Of a DNA stretch of 39,404 bases, positions 11,193 to 21,338 are shown piece by piece. A program made the position numbers and the translations under genes. The stretch is from positions 93,385 through 132,788 of the forward strand of contig CAJFCJ010000061.1 in assembly GCA_904063045.1 (NCBI GenBank). The letters are read 5' to 3'. Within the stretch, counting starts at the first letter, position 1. Each line of letters opens with the position of its first letter. Under the pieces are notes generated by a model that was given only the letters and a program-made list of their open reading frames with translations, did not search any database and had not been told where the DNA came from. This DNA is from Dimorphilus gyrociliatus. Its lineage: Eukaryota > Animalia > Annelida.

Positions 11193-12871
11193 GAAAAATT
11201 TTTTTAAACGTACCTGGAGTTTTAGACTTTGCACTGAATTGCAATTAGTTTCCTAAAAAATTTTGATATTGTATTGTGTTCATTTTAATTATGGAGAAAA
11301 CATTCACTGGAGAAAATGTACGCTGATTGGAGAAAACGTCCACTGGTTGGAAAAAATGTCCACTATGTGAAAAAAATATTTAAAAACACTTTTTAAAATT
11401 TATATTTTTATTGATTTTGAGACGTATCCAATACATTTCCATAATGCAATCACTTTTGGCAGCCATTTTTAAATCCAGACAGGAAACAGTTCTAGGATCT
11501 TATATGTTTTTCATGGAAAGTGAATATTGTGCACTTTTCATCTACAATCTTTCAGAATTTTTGGCAGTTTGAAATATATATGGTCGACAAAAAAACCCGG
11601 ACACCATAAATTTTGATAGGTCAAACACTATAAATCTTTTCCACTAGCAAAAAAGATTTTTTTTTTATTTTTCAGGTATAAAATATTATTTAAAGTTGAA
11701 TATACACATGAGTTTCTTTTAAATATCATTTATATGAGTTTTTACATAAGTGCTTTTGTTTTCTTATTATTCATTTTTTGATGATTTTTTTCTTATTTGG
11801 CCATGAGACATTATTACTCGGACAATGGTTTTCTCCTACAGTTCATCTCCAGATTGAAATTGTGCCCCATCGTACACTAAATTTTTTGGCAGGTGCCACA
11901 TATTTTCTATAGGGCTAAGGTCAGGGCTCTTTGCTGGCCAATCAATTGAATTTATACCATTCATTCTAAAGGCCCTCCTTGTTGATGAACTGAGAATGAG
12001 GTTAAATTGATTGCAGTTTATGAGAAATTATTGTCAGAGAAAAGGGTTTACAAACATCAAAAGAAAAGGTATATTGACATACACAAAAACATCCATTGAT
12101 TTATTAATGCAGACATCTCATATCTACTCTCCAGAATAAATATCATTTATTAACCAGTCTTGTTCTTTAGTATAATATTTAGTGCTTGTTTTTCTTTTCA
12201 AATACATATCTTTCAGTTCATATTCAACTTCATATTATACTGCTCTTGCTGGCAAAATCTATGCGTTTGCAAGTGATAACAATACTGGTTCTACTCGAAC
12301 CTTTAAACAAATGTTTAAATTAAAACGGTTTATTCGCAATAATAATACTTAAGCAAGTAACAATATGAGAGTTCAATAGCAGAGTAGATAGTTCGTAAAA
12401 GCAGGTTGCCAAATTACCAAACTGTCTTCCAATGTTGAGGAGTAGATGGATGGTTCCAGTGGAGGTTGTTTCCAGATGATTTTCCCAGGTCCTTGGGTCC
12501 AGATGGAAGCTGCAGGCCAAATGAGAATAGTGAGGATTTATATACTTTGAGGTTTGCCTCTGACATCCAATCATCACTTTACAGTTGCCAAAATGTGTAG
12601 TTCATATTTATGTTTAGTAAGAGGATGTTACAAGGTTGAACATTTAGGAAGGTTAATTGAATTATAACTTGGCCACACCCTAGGCAAGTTAATTAAATTA
12701 TAACTTGGCCAAACCTTTATTGATAATTAAAGATGAGCCTTCAAGCTGACTAATCAGACTTATGTTTGGCCAATGTTATAGCATTTTCTTGTGTAGGTTT
12801 TAAGATGTACATGTATAAGTTGCATCAAATAATAGAGTTCAAGCATGTAAAATATAACCAAAGTTGTACAA
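10713..12871 (-). mobile_element. Degenerate Tc1-like DNA transposon with about 250-bp terminal inverted repeats
   Basis: 10713-10962 is the reverse complement of about 12583-12871. Both ends abut TA (TA|CTGTACAGCTTTGG versus TA|TTGTACAACTTTGG; alternative ends 10718/12866). Internal minus-strand relic reads GINSIDWPAKSPDLSPIENMWHL (about 11890-11960) and CKRIDFASK (about 12250-12275). Confidence 0.75.
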
Positions 12872-12961
12872 TATCTAGAGTATCTAACCAAAATATAACA
12901 TATATATACCTTTGTAACCAAACCATTTTAGGAAAAATCCATAAATATACTAAAGAAGAAA

Positions 12962-13062
12962 AGGGTGCCAATGTACCCGCTTTGGGTACATTTGCACTCT
13001 GGTACATTTGCACCCAGGTACATTCGCACCCAGGTACATTCGCACCTAACCCTGTTTTCTTG
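12962..13062. repeat. Short inverted-plus-tandem repeat (about 16-bp unit ggtacattcgcaccca), MITE-like
   Basis: gggtgccaatgtaccc is followed by four inverted-orientation copies of ggtacatt(t/c)gcac(c/t)c; no TSD found. Confidence 0.6.
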
Positions 13063-13185
13063 ACTGTTGGACTTGTCATATTGAAATTGTTACATCTTAT
13101 GCAACTCTCCAACCTGAGAAATTCAACTATTATTTAGAAGAAAAAAACAATAAAAAACATAACCATATTTACAACTGTGTCTTAA

Positions 13186-13533
13186 AATGTTACTTTTGTT
13201 TTTGTGAACATTGAAATTTGTGAACTATCAACCCTTTCAAGAGTATATAAACACCACAAAATTAACAGTTGACAGTTCAGTTTTCTAACCATCAGCTGGT
13301 TGTTTACACTAGCTTGTTTAGAACTAGAAACTCATTTTATTCAATACATATTCTTTGGCCGATATTGGTGTTTTGTTGATTAATTTTGATAGAAATTACA
13401 TTTGTTAGATTATTTGTGGACGATTTTGAAAGGTTCTGTTTGTGTGAGTACTATGGCAAATCGGTAAATGATTGGAAAGGACAATTACAGCTATGACAAA
13501 CCAGAAATTCCTACAATTACAATACAACAAAGT
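13186..13533 (+). repeat. Dispersed repeat family X, copy 1 (others at about 27797-28052 and 39152-39226)
   Basis: Copies 1 and 2 share aaatgttacttt..tgtgaact..agtatataaac..ttttctaacc; all three share gaaattcct....t..a.t.caaca.agt. Confidence 0.7.
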
Positions 13534-16074
13534 GGGGGTGACAGAAAACGTCCACAATTGGCAGAAACATCCACAGATGGACAGAAAACATCCACAAATG
13601 AAGAGTAAATGTGCACATAGTATTAAAAAAATAATTAAATAAGAAAAGAGACGATGAAATGAATTAATATATTTTTCTTAATTGATTAAATACTAATGAT
13701 CTGAGAAAATGAAAACTATGAAATTGCAAGTAAAAAAGTTTATTTAAGAACATAATTTTTCAAATGACTTGAACATTTTTCATATTTTTAATACTGTTGA
13801 ATTAATACTATATTTAATAATATAAAGCAGAACACATCTCAACAAGTTAACTTGCTGTGATGTCACCAACTTTAAAGTTTTCCCAAATGGAAAACAGTTC
13901 CTTTTGAATTTCTGTGTAGACTTTTTTTGCATTCTCAATATCTTCTTCTCACTTAATAATTTTTCATATACAGAAATTAACTCAGCCTCTCTCTTTAGTT
14001 CATCAATAATTGTGTAAAATGATGAGTTTATTCCCATGTTTTTATTGAGTCTATTATGGAATCCTTCCAAGTCATTATTTGTGTGGATTGATTGGTTAAA
14101 CACAGACCAAGTTTCTGGAGGCCAAAAGCTATTTTTTATCCAATTATCCTCCACATATTCTAATAAATCTCCAAGCTTATTTCTTTCAGCCAGCTCACTT
14201 TTTATTTTGTAGAATTGGTTTGCAATCAAAGAATGAGGGAGGTAGGGCAAAGCCATAATCATTTTCATTGATTGCCATTCTCCTACTCTCTTTTTAAATT
14301 CTGGGCTGTAACCCAGATCCTAAAAGTAGTATAATAGACTTAGATTAAATTTTTACATTTATTAGTATTATTTCTAACCTGAATTTTTCTAAAAATGCCT
14401 TGTGACCAATGAAAAGAACAACCAACCATTGTAACATCTGGCCATGTATCTCTGATACTTTTCCAAATGGCCTTCTCATAGTCCAAAACAATTTTTGAAC
14501 AGAGATGTCACCAGTTAATTCATTTACAGCCTAAATACACAAACTATCATTGATTTAAGTATTTAAAAATATCACTTACCTTGAAAAGTAATTTATAAGC
14601 TTTTTTCTTTTTTGAAGTTAAGAATGAAAAAAGCAATGGCACCTGCTTCAACTCTTCATTTTTCCTTAAGAATCCATGGAATGAGAACATTTGGAGAAAT
14701 GGATCCTTGGCAATTTTAAAAGTACCATCCACATACCATATTTTAGCCCTACACAAAAGATTTAACTGATGGTCAGTTGCAAATACTAGTATTCTTTGAT
14801 TGTTTAAATAAATATTTTTCTTTAGAAATCCCAATTGTATAAAAGTCAAATCAAGTTGAAAGTTGACATCATCAGGCTCAGCTGGTTTATTTTTGGCTAC
14901 TTCTTTGCAGTTGTGTAAATTCCCATATGGATATTTTAAAAGAGTTTTCTTCTGCAATCCTTTTTCCAGATGATTTATTATCACTAAGGCACTTCTCTCT
15001 GATATCTTTTCTAATTATAATCTGCTTTTCTACATTTTTCAAAGGTGAATGATTGTGTTTCATTTTACCAATTACAAAATCACTTCCTTTTTGGTTAATA
15101 CTTGCAGAACACTTTCTATTTTTGTTACAAACTGAGCAAGTCCAAATTGTAGCTGTTTTTCTTTTCATTTTTATGTTAAAAGTATATCCTTTGTGGATGA
15201 GAAGATCTTTTCCTTTTTGATTGCCATTTGGTAAAATTTTGAAATGTAAATCATCAGTGCAATAATCTCTTTGACTAGTATGACTTTCAAATGAATTCTC
15301 TTGAAAATCTTGAACTTCTGTAGTTGATGTATCCATTGTGGTTACTTCAATTTCATTGTTGTGTGTAATTTCATTGTCATTAATCACATTTCCAGTTTCC
15401 AATGGACAGTCAACAAAACTCTCTGAACTACTAAAAGAGAAAGACAACCTCAGCTCTTCTGTAGGTTCACTGAATTTCTTTTCTTTTCTTATTATGAATT
15501 CTTGTTAGCAACACAATACAGTTTCTGTTTGATATTTGATAACACATCAAACATAATGGCGAAGTGCTGGTTGCATCAGAAAAAAAAAATTAATAACTGA
15601 CAAAATCAAACTTTGGATATTTCATACCTTGAAAACACTTAATATGACAGTTTTTAAATCAAAGACAACATATGCCTTTGATTTGGTTTTCAATGAATTC
15701 ATCTTGACAAATATAACATGTATTATCCATGTTTTTAAACTTGGGATAGTTTTCTAGAAAACTTGGAAAATAATTTATATTAACAAAATACCAGAAATTA
15801 GCAATTATCTATAGTATATACATTATTCAATAAGAGAAATCAAACAGTCACTTTTGTAAATATTTTGTTTTTTTGTGTGCATTTTCTGTCCCTTTATGGA
15901 CATTTTCTGTCTTTTAAGTTTAACTATCAAAGTCACCTTTTTTTGAAAATATAACTAATTATGCATATAAAATTAACACTTTTCTATAAAGTTTTCTAAA
16001 GAAAAAGGTTTTTTTTTTGTTTTTTCACCTATTTTTTCATTGTTTTAATTTTGTGGACGTTTTCTGTCTGAACC
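13534..16074 (-). mobile_element. Complete Mutator-like element (MULE) with TIRs and 9-bp TSD
   Basis: Left end gggggtgacagaaaacgtccacaa; right end ttgtggacgttttctgtctgaacc; subterminal cagaaaac(a/g)tccac repeats at both ends; flanking direct repeat CAACAAAGT at 13525-13533 and 16075-16083. Confidence 0.92.
13780..15447 (-). pseudogene. MULE transposase with FLYWCH-type zinc finger, two introns and frameshifts
   Basis: FLYWCH-like HKGYTF..IWTC..KC..HNH; catalytic YVDGTFK; VLDYE..GCSFHWSQ (exon about 14530-14378); WSVFNQSIHTNNDLEGFHNRL. Frameshifts near 14960, 14493 and the C-terminus; introns near 14580-14531 and 14377-14340. Confidence 0.88.
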
Positions 16075-16290
16075 CAACAAAGTACATAGATATTTGTGCA
16101 AATGCAGTATGATTACATCAGCTTTTGAGAATTCATACATAAGAAAAAAAACTTGAAATGTTATGCCTTTTATCAGAAGTATATTATGATAAAACCATTG
16201 AATTACAAAAAAATTGTTCCCAGAAGCTAAAATCATTTATTATCAACTCTCAACAGTGATATCAGTAAGGTTTTTATTATTATTTGAAGT

Positions 16291-16308
16291 TATTCTGGCG
16301 CCAGAATA
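16291..16308. promoter_or_regulatory. Perfect 18-bp palindrome TATTCTGGCGCCAGAATA
   Basis: Self-complementary and centred on GGCGCC in AT-rich DNA; a regulatory role is inferred only. Confidence 0.3.
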
Positions 16309-16759
16309 GCGATTAGTTTAGTATAATTATCACCTAAACAATAGAGATTGACCAGCAGTGTCTTTTGAACATTTTCTGCAAAATACATTTTTAGAGATTA
16401 AAAAACAAAGTATAAAAATATTGACTACCAAAGAGGAACTGCAATATTTACAAGTCAACATCATAGGTCAAATAAACCAAAAGAATCATATCTATTTTTT
16501 AAATGTGTAACAAAGTGCATCAATTCTTTACTAAGACCTTAAAAAACACTGTAATTATTGATAAAATATTTTGCCAAAATTATAAACAGTCAATCAAAGA
16601 CTAGTCCAATTTCACACTCCCTAAAAACCCATAAGCCAGAAAAGAGTATGTGTTTTGTGTATTGTGTTTAAAAAAAATAATGTCAGATTTTAGAGGAAAT
16701 TTTTTTGCAATTGTGAAATGAGAATGACATAAGAATGATTTTAAAATTTTTGCACTTAC

Positions 16760-18602
16760 TTGTTTCTTCATAAATATCAATTTCAGTTATACATTGACTG
16801 CCCAAAGATTCAATACTTATAGATTTAATGTTATCTTGCTGTATTTCTTTACAGATTGTTTGTTCAAAGAGAAAATTTCCATGAATTTGAACAGATTTTA
16901 TAGTATCATGCACATCTTTAAGGTTTAGAATATAACCTCCAGTTTGTTGAGAAAGGTGAAGAGCTTTTTAAAATGGAAATATTTCAATTTTTTCTTAATT
17001 CAAAAAAAGAAAAAAAACTTTACATGTTAAACAAAAAGTATGCAAATTAATTTGACTTTCAAATATTATTTCACAAAAATCATTAGATCCTTGAACTATT
17101 TTTTGATTTGAATCTTCTGTATAGTAGACGCTATCAGTTAAAAAATTTTTCATATCTATCCCATTATGTATTATTGATGATATATCATTTAATTTAATTC
17201 TACCAGTTTTCCCCATAGTTGGAATCTTTGTACCATAAATAAACAATTCAGATATTTCAAAGTAGTACATAGCCCTATTGTTACTTTCATCAATAATGTT
17301 TATTAATAAATACTGTCCAGTTAAGTTAGGTGGACATTTGAATATATGAGCTTTTCCAGTATGGAATGTAGATTGCAGTTTGTTATAGTCAGTAACACAA
17401 TATTTATTTAAACTTGAATTTATTGTTTGGGGAAAGTCATTGACTGATATAAATATATTCGCAAATTGAGATGAATAATCTGTTTATAAGAGAAAATAGT
17501 TTTTTATATATATATATAAATTGACCTTGACCTTTAATAACCTGTTTTTGTTCCAACAACAATTAGAAAATTAATTGAGTAGGTATCTTTTAAATCTAAA
17601 CGCAAAAATGGATTCTTGATTAAATCCTCTTTGGATCTTGATTGAAAATTTGTATAAAAAGCATTGTCTATTAAATGAGAAATGAGAAAATTAGTTTGCC
17701 TTGGTTTCCCACCAAAATATTCAAAATTGGTAAAATTAATAAGCTGGTAATCTGTATGAAATATTAAAATATTTAATAATTTCTAAATTGATTAATTGAT
17801 TTTTAACATTTTGTCAGAAATATTAATCAAATAATTTAAATCTTTAGGATAAAGAAAAAATTCAATGCTTAGATTTGAAATATATATTTCTAACAATTTG
17901 TCAAAAAATCTTTAATTTTTTTTTTTTTTTACTTCTCTCTCTAATAAAATCTCCATAGATTAAAATATGACAAATTTGTAAATACTTTTTATTTATTAGT
18001 CTTCTTATTGTAACAAATGATCCAATAGAATTAGGATTACAAGGAAATTCATCGTAACTCGACAAATTTGTCGATGTAGCAAGTTTTACTATACCACTTA
18101 CAAAATAGCACAATGTACTATTTATGCTATTTGGCATATCGCCAACAAATATATCCAACTTTTTTTGCATATTGCCTAAAATAATTTATAAATATGCAAA
18201 TGAAGCAAGATTTTAAAAAAAACCTAAAAATACCATAAGAATCTCCTCTATTTAGAATCGATACCGTCGTTACTAGATAAATTTTTTCAATATCAATAGA
18301 AATCCATGGTTCAACTTCGTATGCCGCATTCGATGAACATTGAAAAGGAGTTGATAGGTGAAGGAACTCAATTATATCATCAATTGCTTTACTTGCATAT
18401 AAATTAGTATCAACACCATTATTCAAGTTATAAATATGCAAAGAACTCTGATAAGCATGTTTATTTCTTGCTAAATTGAAATTTGATTCCGACTCTGATA
18501 GTTTTCCATTTAGAAAAACTTAAAATAAGGGGAGAAAATGATACTTTTGATAGAAAATGAGATTATCTTACCTAGAAGAGTTATAAATGTTAATGTCTTC
18601 AT
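16760..18602 (-). CDS. Secreted or membrane protein with two to three F-type-lectin/discoidin-like domains (3' end unresolved)
   Basis: Exon 18602-18572 (MKTLTFITLL) splices to NFNLARNKHAYQSS..ASKAID..QCSS..EPWISIDI..ILNRGDSY, then CPNSIGSFVTI-like and LQICHILIYG. Second domain: HLIDN..NPFLRLDL..CPPNLTGQYLLI..FEISELFIYG. A third, more divergent repeat follows. All junctions are GT-AG. Confidence 0.8.
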
Positions 18603-19284
18603 TACAATTTCAAATCTGTCTAGTAAATGCTTCACTCCTCACCAATTATAAATATTTTCCTAAGTCAATAGGTATTTATTGACTCTATTGATAGAGAAAA
18701 ATAATATTTTTTAACAAATTTGTAATCACGTGATTGAAAACAAATACTTGGATTTTTATTGCCCAAAAATTGTATTAAAAAAAAAACAACAAAGTTTGGG
18801 CTTAGAATAAAAACTTTCCACTCTTTTTTGAAAGTTTAAAACATCAATTAACAAATAATTTATGATCAGACAAAGCAATTCAACATAAAAATATTTCTAT
18901 ATTAATGATTACAAGTATAGAGCAATTGTTTACAATCTTTTTAAGCACTTGATTGTAAATCTTAAGATTATTGAAAAACTATAATATTGATTTCTCTCTC
19001 TTTCTCACTCATGCCCTCTTTCTAGGAAAGTAAATTTCCTTTAAAATCACATAAATTTCATTGTCTGCATATATTAAGCCAGAGAATTTCCAGGAAATAT
19101 TTACATGTCATGCATTTCTACTCAGCAGAAAATCATTTCTTTTTTCAATACAGTAATCTCAAACAGGTCAGTTGTTTAAAAATATTCATATAGATGTTAT
19201 ATTAACATTTTTCCTTTCTATAAGAGTTGGAAGGGAAGAAATTTTTGAGAAGACTTCTATAATGTTTAAGTATTTATGTTAGGC

Positions 19285-19304
19285 TACAGATGGCGCCATC
19301 TGTA
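19285..19304. promoter_or_regulatory. Perfect 20-bp palindrome TACAGATGGCGCCATCTGTA (CTCF-core-like AGATGGCGC on both strands)
   Basis: Sequence is self-complementary; resemblance to the CTCF core comes from the known motif, binding not shown. Confidence 0.35.
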
Positions 19305-19518
19305 TATGATTTAATTTTTTTCATAATCATGCCATAGTTAATAATAAGCTGTTTAGCTGTAGAGCTACAGCGAAATTGGTGTGTTTGAAAGAGACTATTC
19401 AAGTGTTAAATATTTTTAATCAATAATAAATTAATCCAATCCGAGGTAAGATACACAGCAAAACTGTCATGCTAGAGTATTTTACTTTTTAATGGGAAGT
19501 TGTGTTGGAAAACACAAA

Positions 19519-20799
19519 TTAAGAATTCCCAATCAATATTCTATTCAGAGGGAAGAAATTTGCCATTTCAGAATTATTATCCCACAAGTTTAGTTTAAGA
19601 ATTCCACGAAAGTTGAGAGGGGAACATTCCAGTTGGAATGAAAGAGGACAACACAAATCTTTTCTTAATATACTTTCAAAACTGCAAAAGTTCTTACCAA
19701 TATTTGTATTGCAGTCAACTTCTAAAGAAGCTTGAATTCCATTATCTCTCTTCCATTCTTTATCATTTTTTATATAAACTTTGACAGAATTTTTTGTACA
19801 TTCTATCTTCTCCTTAGATCTATTCAACTAAGTGTTGAAACAATGAAAAAAGATAAGAGAATTAGATGAATAACTAAAAATGAAAAAAAAAACCTTTTCT
19901 TTAAAGGAATCTTCAGAAAGGAAAAGAAATATTTTCAAACAGCAATTTTCATTATTTTTCTGTGTTAAAGTACAAAAGTAATAGAGAATGAACTTTTCTT
20001 TAAAACAGAGAAAATGATTGGAAATAACTGTCTCCATAATCGTTAAGTCTTGATTTTTAAATGAAACTGAAATGCTGTTGGCTTCTATTAACTCACTTCT
20101 TTGAAGAGAAAAAATAAAACCTCTTTGAATGAAAGGTAGATAAATATTTCCAACCAGTTCTGATTTAATAGTCAAATTGACATTTTCAATTTTTTCTTCT
20201 GGTATAGCATAATTCTTGGTGAAAATTTTGTGTTTTAAATTCTCCACCTTATCCTTAAAACAAGTGACTACTAGTTGACAATTTACACCTTTATTATTTA
20301 CCAGTTTTGCAGTTGCGCAAATGAATAAGACAGAGAGTGGAGATAACGGTTTGTGTGTTATCTGTAATTTTTGATTTTCTCCAACTTTTAAAAACAAGTA
20401 ATCATTTTCAATATCAGAGTAACATTCCTGATTAATTTCACACTGTTTAAATGGTAATTTGATCCAGCCAATTGGAGATATAGCTCTGTCATTAAAACTT
20501 GAAATTTCTAACCAATCATCATTAATAGATATATTTATTCTGTATTTATCTTCTTCAATAGAATCTAAAAGCATAATTTCCAATCCACAATCAGTGAAAT
20601 ATTCCAAAACTCCTTGATGTAGAGTAACATCCATAGAAATTGATTTTTCATCCCAATAACATTTCGTATCTGGTTTAATCAGTGAAAAACTTCTCAATTT
20701 CTTTGTAGATTCCAATTCTATTACATTGTCATGAGAAAAAATTCTATATTTGTTGTTAGTCAAAAAAACTCTATACTTACCAGTGACAGTGAAAGACAT
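19519..20799 (-). CDS. ZU5-UPA-like protein (UNC5C-like/PIDD-like module, no death domain seen)
   Basis: Two exons, about 20799-19894 and 19827-19519, joined in phase 0. QGVLEYFTDCGLEIML and RAISPIGWI resemble ZU5 GGxL..GVxLxIP and LSPVV; KNFCSFESILRKDLCCPLSFQLE..GILKLNL resembles the UNC5 UPA EIPFxxIW..CxFxLE segment. The 5' exon structure is uncertain. Confidence 0.55.
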
Positions 20800-21338
20800 A
20801 GTCTTTCATATGATAACTATTGTAATGGTGGTGACTTTCAAATCTTTTGTAATCAGTCATATGTATTTATGGCCAGAGTTGATAGCTTATCTGTAAAAAT
20901 TGAAAATTGTTATTGATATTTATTATATATTAGTTTTATTGAATGAATTTCAATATGGAAAGTAGAAACCTGGGTTAGACAATCCTTAGTTTACTTTCCT
21001 TCTCTCTCTTTCTCTACCTCTATCTCATACACACACAGGCTTTCCCCAAAACTCAAGATAAAAATTTTATTATCTTATCTCAATTATTTGATTGTAAAAT
21101 GTTATTTTTTATTTCTTTTGTAATTGACAACAACTGAAAATAACAATTAGTGTCCTCAATAACTAAATATTGACATAACACTAACACAGATTAAGGGCAA
21201 AAATAAACTGACAATTTGAGATTATTTTCCTAAAAGTTTAAAGGGAAATAAGGACAGAGATTTTAAAAAAATTCTAAATATTATAAATGAGAATATAGGG
21301 CTAATTAGTCCTAATCTTATCTCCTTAATTTTACAGAG

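Noticed and set aside
11293-11370. CRISPR-like or MITE reading of agaaaacgtccac repeats
   Set aside because: Eukaryotic context, degenerate units with no unique spacers; resembles MULE subterminal repeats but no partner end or TSD was established.
12320-13137. ORFs 12320-12577, 12766-13137 and 12825-13112
   Set aside because: They overlap TIR and tandem-repeat sequence; no domain features or splice context.
20731-20916. Plus-strand 61-aa ORF
   Set aside because: Antisense to the 5' end of the ZU5-UPA-like gene; no support.
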